DNA of 56,885 bases, taken from NCBI GenBank assembly GCA_039591655.1, contig JBDHDE010000011.1, forward strand, positions 1 through 56,885. The letters are read 5' to 3'. The notes under the pieces are model-generated. The model made no database searches. It was not told where the DNA came from and saw nothing but the letters and a program-made list of their open reading frames with translations. Of this stretch, positions 28,510 to 38,308 are shown piece by piece (within the stretch, counting starts at the first letter, position 1; each line of letters opens with the position of its first letter). Source of the stretch: Gemmatimonadota bacterium (GTDB taxonomy: Bacteria > Gemmatimonadota > Gemmatimonadetes > Gemmatimonadales > GWC2-71-9). The translations under genes were made by a program, and so were the position numbers.

Positions 28510-29553
28510 ATGGCGATTTTCGGTGGTTCCAAAACGACGGTCGCCCTAGACATCGGCAGCGGCCTCCTCAAGCTCGTGGCGGTGGACCACGGCAAGGGGG
28601 ATCCCGTCCTGAGCCGGGTCGCGGTCACGCCCGTGCTTGCGGATGCCATCGTCGAGGGCGAGGTAATGGACCCGGACATCGTGGCTGACACGATCCAGGG
28701 CCTGTTCAAGAGCGCCGGCGTGAAGCAGAAGCACGTGGTCGTGGCGGTAGGGGGTCGCGATGTGATCATCAAGAAGATCCAGGTCGACCGCATGAAGGAG
28801 AGCGATGCGTTCGAGGTGGTCCGCTGGGAGGCCCAGCAGCACGTCCCGTTCGACATCGAGGCCGTCGAGCTGGACTTCCAGATCCTGGACCCCCACGGCG
28901 AAGGGCTCCAGATGGACGTGCTCCTGGTAGCCGCCAAGCGCGACCTGGTGGAGGACAAGCTCCAGCTCCTCTCCCAGGCGGGCCTCGAGCCGGGCATCGT
29001 GGACGTGGATGCCTTCGCCCTGCACAACGCCTTCGAGCTGAACTACCCCGAAGCGATGAACGGCGTCGTGGCGCTGCTCAACGTGGGCCACGAGGTCACC
29101 AACGTGAACATCCTGTTGGATGGCGTGCCGCTGCTCACGCGCGATCTGAGCGTGGGCACCCGGAAGTTCCGCGAAGATCTCCAGCGGGAGCGCGGTATGT
29201 CGGCGGACGACGCGGAGGGGCTGCTCCAGGGCTATGAGCTCTCCCCTGACCTGGAGCCCTACGTGCAGAATCGGGGCGAGGAAATGGCCGTCGGCCTGGA
29301 GCGGGCGGCGGCGTTCCTCCAGACGGCTGCCCGGGATGCCGGGGCGCTACAGCGCGTCTATTGCTGCGGCGGCGGCGCGAGGATTCCAGGGCTTTCGGAG
29401 GTGCTGGGCCAGCGGCTGCGGCTGCCGGTAGAGGTAGCTACTCCGCTGCAGCGCCTCCGCGTAAAGGACGAGGTCTTCGACATGGTGAACGCGGACGAGG
29501 TCGGGCCGCTCCTCATGCTGGCCACGGGCCTCGCCCTCCGGACGCGCCAGTGA
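28510..29553 (+). CDS. pilM: Type IV pilus assembly protein PilM
   Basis: ALDIGS, EAQQHVPF, LDFQIL, LLVAAK, VDVDAFAL, GGGARIPGL, ATGLALR. Confidence 0.95.
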   Translation: MAIFGGSKTTVALDIGSGLLKLVAVDHGKGDPVLSRVAVTPVLADAIVEGEVMDPDIVADTIQGLFKSAGVKQKHVVVAVGGRDVIIKKIQVDRMKESDAFEVVRWEAQQHVPFDIEAVELDFQILDPHGEGLQMDVLLVAAKRDLVEDKLQLLSQAGLEPGIVDVDAFALHNAFELNYPEAMNGVVALLNVGHEVTNVNILLDGVPLLTRDLSVGTRKFREDLQRERGMSADDAEGLLQGYELSPDLEPYVQNRGEEMAVGLERAAAFLQTAARDAGALQRVYCCGGGARIPGLSEVLGQRLRLPVEVATPLQRLRVKDEVFDMVNADEVGPLLMLATGLALRTRQ

Positions 29554-29572
29554 GTGTCGGGAGAATGAGACG

Positions 29573-30259
29573 ATGATTATCGAGATCAACCTGCTCGGAG
29601 GCCAGAAGAAGAAGCGCAAGGGAGCGGGCGCGGGCATCTCGATGCCGAAGTTCGGCGAGATGTTCCAGGGCGTGAAGGACCCGCTACTGCTGGGGGCGGT
29701 GGGTGCCTGGGCGGTGGTGGCGGTCGGGGTCGGCCTCCTGTTCGCCACCACGCAAGCGAAGCTCCAGACCCTGGACACGGAAGTGCGGCAGGTCCGCACC
29801 GATGCCCAGCGGTTCTCCAACATGATGGAGAAGAAGCGCCAGGCCGAGAGCCTGCGGGACTCGCTCGAACAGGAGCTGCAAGAGATCAGCGGTATCGACT
29901 CGGATCGGTACGTGTGGCCCCACGTTCTCGAGGAAGTGACGAAGGCGCTGCCAGACTACACCTGGCTCGTTGGCGTCAACATGGTGCAGGCGCCCGCGGT
30001 CCCCGGCGGCCCCCCCGACTCACTCGTGAAGCAACCGGTGCGGTTCACGATCGACGGCCGCACCTCCGACATCGGCGCCTACACCCGGTTCCTGCGAAAC
30101 CTCGCGGCGTCTCCCTGGGTCGGGGCCGTGGTTCCGGGCGCCAATCGAACGGTCGTCGAAGACGACAAGGCGCTTACGGCATTCAGCATCACCGCCACCT
30201 TCGTGCAGGCCGACTCGGCCTTCATCCGCACGGTCTCGGTGGCCGAGTCGGTGCGTTAG
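29573..30259 (+). CDS. pilN: PilN
   Basis: N-terminal INLL motif, TM helix, coiled coil, LPDYTWL; position after pilM. Confidence 0.88.
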   Translation: MIIEINLLGGQKKKRKGAGAGISMPKFGEMFQGVKDPLLLGAVGAWAVVAVGVGLLFATTQAKLQTLDTEVRQVRTDAQRFSNMMEKKRQAESLRDSLEQELQEISGIDSDRYVWPHVLEEVTKALPDYTWLVGVNMVQAPAVPGGPPDSLVKQPVRFTIDGRTSDIGAYTRFLRNLAASPWVGAVVPGANRTVVEDDKALTAFSITATFVQADSAFIRTVSVAESVR

Positions 30260-30269
30260 GGGAGGACGG

Positions 30270-30875
30270 ATGGCGCTCTCCCAGAAAGACCGGCAACAGC
30301 TCCTGATACTGCTGATCGTGGTGGCGATCGCGGCGGGAGCCGGGTTCTGGTTCGTGTGGCGGGCCCCGAAGGTGGAGGCTGTCGCCCAGCTCGAGACCGA
30401 GATCGACTCGCTCCAGAGGGTGGTGGACGCCGCCAGGCGGGATCTCGCGCAGGGCACCGTCGAGAGCCTCGAGCAGCGAGTGGCGGAGTACGAGGCCAGC
30501 CTGGGTCTCATGCGGCGCCTCGTGCCGCTGGATAACGAGGTGCCCGGCCTGATCGACGACATCGCGTCCCGTGCGAGCCTGCGCGGGGTGCATGTGCAGG
30601 AGCTCGACCCGCAGACCGTCGAGACGGGGGGGCTGTTCCACGTCCATCGCTATCGGCTGAGCGTCGTCGGCTACTACGACGAGATCGGTGAGTTCCTGGC
30701 CGACATCGCCTCCCTGCCGAGGATCATGGTTCCTTATGAGCTCGCCCTTGGCGAGGCGCCGCTGACGGCCCAGTCGGCCTACGGCGACACCACAGGGGCG
30801 TTGCTGCAGGCACAGTTCCAGCTGCGGACGTTCGTCAAGCCGCCGACACCGGGAGGCAGCGGTGCCAGCGAATAG
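30270..30875 (+). CDS. pilO: PilO
   Basis: TM, coiled coil, LVP..NEVPGLIDDI, GYYDEIGEFL..IASLPRI. Confidence 0.88.
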   Translation: MALSQKDRQQLLILLIVVAIAAGAGFWFVWRAPKVEAVAQLETEIDSLQRVVDAARRDLAQGTVESLEQRVAEYEASLGLMRRLVPLDNEVPGLIDDIASRASLRGVHVQELDPQTVETGGLFHVHRYRLSVVGYYDEIGEFLADIASLPRIMVPYELALGEAPLTAQSAYGDTTGALLQAQFQLRTFVKPPTPGGSGASE

Positions 30876-31359
30876 CCAGTGGATTTGGATAGCGGCGTGC
30901 GTCGGCCTCGCGGCCGGCGCCTGCGGCGGCGAAGCCCCAGCGCCGCCCCAGCAGCCCGCCAGTGAGCTCGCGGCCGCCGAGGAAGGAACGCCGGAGGCGG
31001 CTGGCACGCAGGTCGAACCCCAGGAGCAGGAGAGCGCGCCCGAGCTTGTGCGGGAGGTGTTCTCGTATCGCGGTGCGGGGCGCGACCCGTTCATCTCGCT
31101 CCTCCGGTCGGGCGATGTGCGCCCACTGATGGAGGATCTGCGGGTCACCTCCATCACCTATAACCCGCGGTACCCGAGCGCCAGCGTGGCGGTGCTGCGC
31201 GATACGACGGTGAACAAGCGCTATACGGTGCGCGTGGGGGACGAAGTTGGACGGCTGCGGATCGCCGAGATCCGGCAGCATGAGGTCCTAGTGATCATCG
31301 AGGAATTCGGCGTCGAGCAGCAGCGGACTCTGCGTCTGCGGCGCAGGCAGGAGGGTTAG
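30862..31359 (+). CDS. pilP: PilP-like lipoprotein
   Basis: Lipobox-like AAGAC, disordered linker, RDPF motif, VRVGDEVG...I. Confidence 0.8.
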   Translation: MPANSQWIWIAACVGLAAGACGGEAPAPPQQPASELAAAEEGTPEAAGTQVEPQEQESAPELVREVFSYRGAGRDPFISLLRSGDVRPLMEDLRVTSITYNPRYPSASVAVLRDTTVNKRYTVRVGDEVGRLRIAEIRQHEVLVIIEEFGVEQQRTLRLRRRQEG

Positions 31360-31361
31360 CT

Positions 31362-33173
31362 ATGAAGCGGTCATTGGTACTCGCACTCGCCGGGCTCGTC
31401 CTGGTGGCGCCCCGAGCCCTTGCGGGGCCAGGCGAGGTCACCGCCGTGAGCGTATTGCCGGGCCCCGGCCGTGCTCACGTGATCATCGACGTAAGCGGCA
31501 GCGTGAGCGTGCAGGACTTCACGCTCGCCAACCCGGACCGTCTCGTCATCGACGTGCTCGGTGCGCGGTTGAGCGGCCCCGGGATCCTGTATGACGGTCG
31601 CAACCGCGGCGGGATCATGAACATCCGCTACGCCCAGTTCCGGCCCGACGTCGTGCGCATCGTGATCGAGCTCGAATCCCTCAGGGACTATGAGTTGGAG
31701 TACGCCGACGACGCGATCCGGATCAGCCTGGGCGCAGACCGTAGCTTCACGGCATGGTCCTCGGCAGCGCCGGCGATGTACCCCGCCCCAGAGGAGGCCG
31801 AGGTCGTCACCCGGCCGGCGGATCAATACCGGGCAATAGCTCCCCAGGTGCTCCAGTCGCAGCAGCCCACGATCACCGCGTCATTTGACTCCGCGAGCAT
31901 CGCGGAGGTGATGGCCGGCTTCGCGGCGCTGAGCGGCAAGAGCATCATCCTGGGCAAGGACATCGAGGGATACGTCACCGCGGACGTGCGGAACCAGCCA
32001 TGGGACGTGGCGTTCCAGGTGATTCTCGAGGCCCAGGGCCTCGATGCCATCGAGGACCCGCCGGGGATAATCCGGGTGGACTCGCGGGCCGCCCTGGTGG
32101 CTCGGGACAGCACCGAGCCGCTGGAGACCCGCATCGTGCCGGTGAACTACGCCCGGGCGGCGGCTCTGCAACCGGTGCTCCAATCCATCGTGACGGCGGA
32201 GCGTGGTCGGGTGGTGGCCGACACTGGGACCAATTCCCTGATCATCACGGATATCCGCAGCCGCATCGACGATGACGTCCAGTTCGTCACGGAGCTCGAC
32301 ATCCAGACTCCGCAGGTGTCCATCCAGGCGAAGATCATCTTCGTCAACCGGACGGACGTCGAAGAGATCGGAGTGAGGTACGACATCGGCAGTCCCACGC
32401 AGTTCTTCAACACTTTAGTGGCGCGGCCCGACCCGCGGACGTCGGAGCCGGTGGACACCGACGGCGACGGCGTGCCTGACGCCACGGCGCCCACGGACTT
32501 CTTCGACCCGGAGGAGACGCCGAGCATAGTGGATCTGGGGGGCAACTCCCTGTCGGGGGTGGCGAACGCCGACGCCGTGATCATCAGTCCCGCGTTGGAC
32601 CTGATCTTCTCAACGGCACTCGGGAACTTCAGCGTCACGGCGTTCGTGACCGCGCTGCAGCGGGTGGAGCTGGCGGACTTGCAGGCCGAGCCTCTCACCT
32701 CCACCTCCGACAACACGGAGGCGTACATCCTGGTGGGTGAGCGCACGCCGGTCCGCGTGATCGACCCCTCCGCCGGAACGGCGGCGGCCCAGGCCACGGT
32801 GGACTACCAGGAGACCGGTATCAAGCTGCGCGTGACCCCGCACGTGACGAACAACCGCCAGGTGCTGATGGACGTGCATGCGGAGAACTCTACGGTTCAG
32901 GCCGCGCCGTCGGAACTGGGGTTCACGTTCCAGACCCAGGAAGTCTCGAGCACGCTCCTGGTGGACGATGGGCAAACCGCGGTAATCGGCGGGCTCACGG
33001 TGACCCAGGTCACGGTGGGCAAGACCGGAATTCCGTTTCTTGTAGACCTGCCGATCATCGGCGGGCTCTTTGGCTTCACGTCGCGGCAGGAGACGCGCCG
33101 TGACCTGTTGGTGCTGGTCACGCCGCACATAATCGACAATCCGGCCGCGGAGCTTGCAGCGGGGGCCCGGTAG
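31362..33173 (+). CDS. pilQ: Secretin PilQ with N-terminal AMIN domain
   Basis: FTLANPDRLVID (AMIN), PWDVAF, TNSLIITD, QVSIQAKI, GIKLRVTPHV, GQTAVIGGL, IPFLVDLPIIGGLF, LLVLVTPHI. Confidence 0.93.
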   Translation: MKRSLVLALAGLVLVAPRALAGPGEVTAVSVLPGPGRAHVIIDVSGSVSVQDFTLANPDRLVIDVLGARLSGPGILYDGRNRGGIMNIRYAQFRPDVVRIVIELESLRDYELEYADDAIRISLGADRSFTAWSSAAPAMYPAPEEAEVVTRPADQYRAIAPQVLQSQQPTITASFDSASIAEVMAGFAALSGKSIILGKDIEGYVTADVRNQPWDVAFQVILEAQGLDAIEDPPGIIRVDSRAALVARDSTEPLETRIVPVNYARAAALQPVLQSIVTAERGRVVADTGTNSLIITDIRSRIDDDVQFVTELDIQTPQVSIQAKIIFVNRTDVEEIGVRYDIGSPTQFFNTLVARPDPRTSEPVDTDGDGVPDATAPTDFFDPEETPSIVDLGGNSLSGVANADAVIISPALDLIFSTALGNFSVTAFVTALQRVELADLQAEPLTSTSDNTEAYILVGERTPVRVIDPSAGTAAAQATVDYQETGIKLRVTPHVTNNRQVLMDVHAENSTVQAAPSELGFTFQTQEVSSTLLVDDGQTAVIGGLTVTQVTVGKTGIPFLVDLPIIGGLFGFTSRQETRRDLLVLVTPHIIDNPAAELAAGAR

Positions 33174-33190
33174 AGCCGGAGGCGGGGACT

Positions 33191-34327
33191 ATGATGCATC
33201 GAACGATAGCGACGACGGGCGCCGCGACGCTGGCGTTCGCGCTGCTCGCGCTTGCGTGCAACGAAGCGACGATTTCGCCGGGCGTGCAGCAGGATCTGAC
33301 CCCACCCACCATTAGCATCGACAAGACCTCCCAGGGGGCTTCCGGGGACACGGTGGATGTGGCCGACGGCGTGACGTTCTTCGTGGACGCCACGGACAAC
33401 CTCGGCCTGAAGAACATCTCCGTGCAGCTGGAGGGCGCCGTCGAGGACATCGGTGACACTACGTTTACGACCGCCGTCACCTCGGCCTCGTTCATCATCG
33501 ATCTCGTCTTCCCCACCAACACCGTGGCCGGAGGCTACCTGTACATCACGGCGCAGGCGATCGACGGGAACAACAACGGTGCCACGGCGCTGGATTCGAT
33601 CTGGATCGTGAACGAGGACGCGCTCACCGTCACACTGCTGGACCCGCAGGATGGGGCTGTGACGTCGGCAGGCAAGCAGATCCCCGTGACGGTGCGGGCG
33701 ACGCAGCGGGACGGCGTGAAGCGCGTCGGCTATACGTACACGGGCGTGATCAGCGGCGGCGACTCCACCGGTGACCTGCTGTTGCTGCCGGCGGACACCA
33801 CGTTCTACGATACCCTCACGATCCCCACCGGCGCACCCGATGGCGCGTTCACCGTCCGGGGCTTCGCCACGGATTCGGCCCTGCGCCGGCAGCAGAGCAC
33901 GCCGGCGACAGTGACGATCCAGTCGGCGGCGAACGACAACGAGCCGCCGCAGGTGACCTTCTACATCGGCTTCCGGGTGGAGGTGGACGACTCCATTACC
34001 GTGAACGCCACCGATCCCAGCGGCATCGCCCTGATCGGCTGGGAGGCGAGAGACCTGCTCGGCCTACAGATCGGCGGGGACTCCACCACGCTGGCGGGTA
34101 ACCTCACCGACGTGACCCATATGTGGACCCTTGGTTTCAACTTCACGAGCCTGCCGGTGCCGGTGGTGGTCACGGCGTTCGCCGCGGATGCCGTCGGGAA
34201 CCGCGGCACGGCCACTACGAGCTCGGCACCCCCCGCCGTAACGCGGCAGCGGCCGAGCCTGCTACGAATCCTGGTACCAGGGACCGTCCCCGGTGACGGT
34301 GCCAATGCGGCGCGAGGTGCACGATGA
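33191..34327 (+). CDS. Putative lipoprotein with tandem Ig-like beta-sandwich modules
   Basis: Lipobox LALAC; Thr-rich beta-strand repeats (D.TPPTISI, ATDN.GL, A.D..GN). Confidence 0.7.
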   Translation: MMHRTIATTGAATLAFALLALACNEATISPGVQQDLTPPTISIDKTSQGASGDTVDVADGVTFFVDATDNLGLKNISVQLEGAVEDIGDTTFTTAVTSASFIIDLVFPTNTVAGGYLYITAQAIDGNNNGATALDSIWIVNEDALTVTLLDPQDGAVTSAGKQIPVTVRATQRDGVKRVGYTYTGVISGGDSTGDLLLLPADTTFYDTLTIPTGAPDGAFTVRGFATDSALRRQQSTPATVTIQSAANDNEPPQVTFYIGFRVEVDDSITVNATDPSGIALIGWEARDLLGLQIGGDSTTLAGNLTDVTHMWTLGFNFTSLPVPVVVTAFAADAVGNRGTATTSSAPPAVTRQRPSLLRILVPGTVPGDGANAARGAR

Positions 34328-36147
34328 GACGGCTCTTGCTTGGATCCGGGATCGCTCTGATGTGCGCCGGGTGTGGTGACGCGGTGCAGCCGGAGCCGCC
34401 CGCCGAGCAGCAGGTGCAATACGCCATCGGCCGGCGCGTCGAGGTGGACGACTCGATCACCGTGGTGGCCACGGATCCCGCTGGTCTCACCCGCATGGGA
34501 TGGGTGGCGCGGCTCGCCGACGGCACCGTGTTCGGAGGGGACTCCAGCTCTTTCAAGGGCTCGGCGGACTTTGCCCGGCGCAGCTACGCGCTCGGGTTCG
34601 AGGCGGACCTCGCCTCGCTGCCGATGCGCATCGAGGTCACCGCGTTCGCGGAGAACGCGGACGGTGAGCGGGTGGAGTCGCAGGTGGCCAGCGCGTTCAA
34701 TGCCAGCGTCTCTTCCATGGCGCTCTTGAACGCCAGCTCGAGCGCGCTGCTCGACACGGTCATCGTGGTGGCCGGGGTGACGAAGCCGCTGCCTGACGGC
34801 GGCTCCGTAGCCGACGCCATCTACAGCCGCAACTTGAACGAGGTCTACCTCACGAACTTCGCACTCAACCGGGTGGAGATCTTCCAGCTCGTCGACACCA
34901 GCTTCGCCCCCGGCGGTGTTCCCGTGGGCTCCCGGCCCTGGGGTATCGCCCTCTGGCCGCGGAACACCCTGGGAGACCACGGCGACACGGTGGTGGTAGC
35001 GCTCTCCGGTGCCACCGACCTGGCGGTGGTGGACATGGCGGGGCGGCAGCTCCGGCGGCGGCACTCGCTGCCGAACTTCCTGATCGAGTTGGTCAGCACT
35101 GAGATTTCGGAGACGGGACTGATCCAGCTCAAGATCGAGCAGTTCGAGTTCTCCGACCGGCCCCAGTACGTGGGCATGACCTGCCGTACGGGAGCGGCGC
35201 CACCGGCGTGCGCGGCCGACAGCATGATTGCCCTCTACTCGACCACGCCGACGCTGGACCAGACGGAGTTCCCGCTCCAGGGCACGATGCGGTGGGAGAA
35301 CATCACCGCCGGGACCCCGGAGTCCCACTTCTTCTGGGAGCATTCCGTCGCCGCGTTCAACGACGACGTGACCGACACACTGCAGGTCACGGTCGATCGC
35401 GGGCCGGGTATCGCTCAGCAGATCATTCTCTCGGCGGCGTGCGGTGTCACGGTGGACATCGAGCAGCTGACGTTCCTCGACACCACGTTCGTGAGGAACT
35501 CGGGTGACTTCACCCACGGCATCGTGGGCGAGGGCGGCTCCTCCCACGACCCGACCTTGGGGTTCGCCCGTGCCATAGGGTACGACGTGCGGGACGGGGT
35601 GCAGAGGACGGCCTGCGCGGGGATTATCGTGGGGACGCCGTTCGTGGGCCCCGAAGAGCGGGATCTGGGCATCTCCCCCGCCCTCCGGGTGCGGGACTTC
35701 ATCAGCAACACGGCCATCGCCGTGCAGTCGGTGGCGGTGAACTTCAACGGGCTCACCAACCTGATCCGCGCCGACTCGATCTACGTGCTCGACGAGGGCC
35801 TGCGCCTCAAGGGCACCATCGGTGTCATCGGGGTGAACCCGGGCATGGACCTCAAGTTCAACCACGACTTCGATGCGCGGGACGGCGGAACGCCCACGTT
35901 CGGCGGGACGGGCGACCCCAACGACCGCATCTTGTATGCCGCCTCCACCGACCCGGTGATCCAGGTGTTCGACACGTACTACCACGAAGAGGTGGCGGTG
36001 ATCCCGATCCGGGATCCCATCATCGGCCCGCTGCGGGTGGCGGAGCAGGCCAGCGGCACGCCGATCCTGGTGGGCGTGACGGGGGCCGGCGTCGTGGTGG
36101 TGGAGCTGCCGGCGATCACCAATCCGTTCCCGGCGCCGCCACAGTAG
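34324..36147 (+). CDS. Putative lipoprotein: one Ig-like module plus a beta-propeller-like region
   Basis: Lipobox-like CAGC; YLTNFALNRVEIF, VPVGSRPWGIAL, VVALSG...LAVVD resemble YVTN-type propeller blades; ATGA-coupled to the previous gene. Confidence 0.7.
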   Translation: MRRLLLGSGIALMCAGCGDAVQPEPPAEQQVQYAIGRRVEVDDSITVVATDPAGLTRMGWVARLADGTVFGGDSSSFKGSADFARRSYALGFEADLASLPMRIEVTAFAENADGERVESQVASAFNASVSSMALLNASSSALLDTVIVVAGVTKPLPDGGSVADAIYSRNLNEVYLTNFALNRVEIFQLVDTSFAPGGVPVGSRPWGIALWPRNTLGDHGDTVVVALSGATDLAVVDMAGRQLRRRHSLPNFLIELVSTEISETGLIQLKIEQFEFSDRPQYVGMTCRTGAAPPACAADSMIALYSTTPTLDQTEFPLQGTMRWENITAGTPESHFFWEHSVAAFNDDVTDTLQVTVDRGPGIAQQIILSAACGVTVDIEQLTFLDTTFVRNSGDFTHGIVGEGGSSHDPTLGFARAIGYDVRDGVQRTACAGIIVGTPFVGPEERDLGISPALRVRDFISNTAIAVQSVAVNFNGLTNLIRADSIYVLDEGLRLKGTIGVIGVNPGMDLKFNHDFDARDGGTPTFGGTGDPNDRILYAASTDPVIQVFDTYYHEEVAVIPIRDPIIGPLRVAEQASGTPILVGVTGAGVVVVELPAITNPFPAPPQ

Positions 36148-36169
36148 CGAGCGAGCGACACGGCATTTC

Positions 36170-36199
36170 CGAGCCCGGCGAAAGCCGGGCTCGTTTGTT
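36170..36199 (+). terminator. Intrinsic terminator ending the pilM-Q/lipoprotein operon
   Basis: CGAGCCCGGC-GAAA-GCCGGGCTCG perfect stem followed by TTTGTT. Confidence 0.85.
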
Positions 36200-36356
36200 A
36201 GGTCACCGGTTGTAGGTCACCGGTTGCTCCGGCGCAGCGGTTGACAGGGGCGACGGGACCGGTTTCTTCCGACACCTGCGGGCGGCGCGGGCCTCGTTGG
36301 TGGCGTCGCGTACCGCAGCCGGACCTGGCACCAACCAGACCGACTCGGAGTCGTAC

Positions 36357-37562
36357 GTGATCAGCTTCGTCACCGCCGGTGAGTCTCACGGCCGCGGGCT
36401 GGCGGCCATCCTCGAGGGCATTCCCGCAGGGCTCCCCCTGGTGGCCGAGGACGTGAACCGCGAGCTCAAGCGCCGCATGGCGGGGCACGGGCGGGGCGCC
36501 CGCATGAAGATCGAGGCGGACGCGGTGGAGTTCCTGAGCGGGGTGCGTGCTGGGGAGACCCTGGGCTCGCCCATCGGCATGCTGATCTGGAACCGCGACT
36601 GGGAGAACTGGCGCGACGTGATGGCGCCGGAGCCCGATCCCGATGATGCGCCCCCCCGCCGGCGCCGCCTCACCCGGCCGCGACCCGGCCATGCCGATCT
36701 CGCGGGAGCGTTGAAGTACGGTCGGGGGGACGCCCGGGACGTGCTGGAGCGGGCCAGCGCCCGGGAGACAGCCGCCCGGGTGGCGTGCGGCGCCGTGTGC
36801 CGCCGCCTGCTGGCCGAGTTCGGTGTCGAGATCGGGAGCCACGTCGTGCAGCTGGGCCCGGTGCGTGCCCCGCAGCCCACGGAGCCGCCCCCGCTCCTGA
36901 ACGAGCTGGCTGATGCGTCCGCGGTCCGCTGCCTCGACCCGGCAGCCACCGATGCCATGGTCGCCGCCATCGATGCCGCGGCGGCGGCCGGCGACACGCT
37001 CGGCGGAGTCGTGGAGGTAGTGGCCCGAGGCGTAGTGCTGGGACTGGGGTCCCACGTCTCCTGGGATCGTCGGCTCGACGGGCGGCTCGCCCAAGCCGTC
37101 ATGTCGATCCCGGCGGTGAAGGGGGTGGAGATCGGGCTGGGGTTCGAGGGTGCGCAGCGCCCCGGGAGCGAGGCCCACGACGAGATCCTCGCCGGCGGCG
37201 GGCCGGCAGCCGGCGGATTCGCGCGGCGCACCAACCGGGCCGGAGGGCTCGAGGGCGGGATGACCACAGGGGAACCCCTCATCATTCGGGCAGCGATGAA
37301 GCCTCTCTCCACCCTGCGGCGGCCACTCCAGACGATCAACCTGGATACGGGGAACTCCGAGCAGGCTCAATCGGAGCGCTCCGACGTCACGGCGGTCCCA
37401 GCCATGGGCGTGGTGGCCGAGGCCATGACTGCCGTGGTCCTCGCCGGGGCGCTGGTCGAGAAGCTTGGGGGCGACAGCTTGGCGGAGATGCGGGAGCACT
37501 TCCAGGGCCAGCTCGAGCGCCTCGCCCAGCGAGGTCCGGCGCCTCCCGCCTCGGGCGAGTGA
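36357..37562 (+). CDS. aroC: Chorismate synthase
   Basis: TAGESHG, RPRPGHAD, ERASARETA, GDTLGG, SIPAVKGVE, NRAGGLEGG, MKP.STL, ERSD; GGAG SD before GTG 36357. Confidence 0.95.
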   Translation: MISFVTAGESHGRGLAAILEGIPAGLPLVAEDVNRELKRRMAGHGRGARMKIEADAVEFLSGVRAGETLGSPIGMLIWNRDWENWRDVMAPEPDPDDAPPRRRRLTRPRPGHADLAGALKYGRGDARDVLERASARETAARVACGAVCRRLLAEFGVEIGSHVVQLGPVRAPQPTEPPPLLNELADASAVRCLDPAATDAMVAAIDAAAAAGDTLGGVVEVVARGVVLGLGSHVSWDRRLDGRLAQAVMSIPAVKGVEIGLGFEGAQRPGSEAHDEILAGGGPAAGGFARRTNRAGGLEGGMTTGEPLIIRAAMKPLSTLRRPLQTINLDTGNSEQAQSERSDVTAVPAMGVVAEAMTAVVLAGALVEKLGGDSLAEMREHFQGQLERLAQRGPAPPASGE

Positions 37563-38077
37563 GACGCCACCTGTTGCTCGTGGGGCTGCCGGGAGCGGGG
37601 AAGACGGTTGCAGGGGAGCTCGCGGCCCGCGTCCTGGGCGCGCCGTTCGTCGACGTGGACGCGCGGATCGAGGCGCAGCAGGGAAGGAGCATCCGGCAGC
37701 TCTTCGCCGAGCGGGGCGAGGCGGCGTTCCGGGACCTGGAGCGGCACGAGGTCAGGGCGGCGCTGGACGGCGAGCCGTGCGTCGCGGCGCCGGGTGGGGG
37801 CTGGGCTGCGCAACCAGATAATATGGAATACGCTCAGGGCCGCGCTCTGATCATCTACTTGCGTGCCGCGGCGGAAACGGCGGCGGCGCGGGTGGCCGGG
37901 GAAAGCACTCGACCGCTGCTGGACGGCGGTGATCCGGTGGCCCGCATGCGGGCGCTCCTGGCTGAGCGAGAGTGCCACTACACGGCGGCCGACGCTGCGA
38001 TCGCGACGGACGGCCGCACGGTGGACGAGGTGGCCGCGGAGTTGGTCGAGCTTGCGCGATCCCAGGCCGGGTGGTAA
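37559..38077 (+). CDS. aroK: Shikimate kinase
   Basis: GLPGAGKT, DVD, GEAAFRDLE, GGG, RPLL, R...Y. Confidence 0.92.
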   Translation: MRRHLLLVGLPGAGKTVAGELAARVLGAPFVDVDARIEAQQGRSIRQLFAERGEAAFRDLERHEVRAALDGEPCVAAPGGGWAAQPDNMEYAQGRALIIYLRAAAETAAARVAGESTRPLLDGGDPVARMRALLAERECHYTAADAAIATDGRTVDEVAAELVELARSQAGW

Positions 38078-38308
38078 CTATGCGCCCCCTGCCGGGCGCG
38101 GCAGGGGGCTCGGTACGATGCCGTAACGTGCTGAACATCAGAGAGTTATGACCATCGGCCCGGGTGGGATGACTTCCCCGCCTGGGCCGTGCGACCGTTT
38201 GTGACAAGGGAACGGCCGTTTCGGGCTGCGGTAGTCTGTTGACGGGTCGTTGAGGGGCCGGACGGACCCTCGGGCCCCTTCGAAGCGGCTGACCGGACAG
38301 TAGAGACA

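Noticed and set aside
3639..33173. Type II secretion system rather than type IV pilus
   Set aside because: PilT, PilMNOP, an AMIN-containing secretin and PilSR indicate a type IVa pilus.
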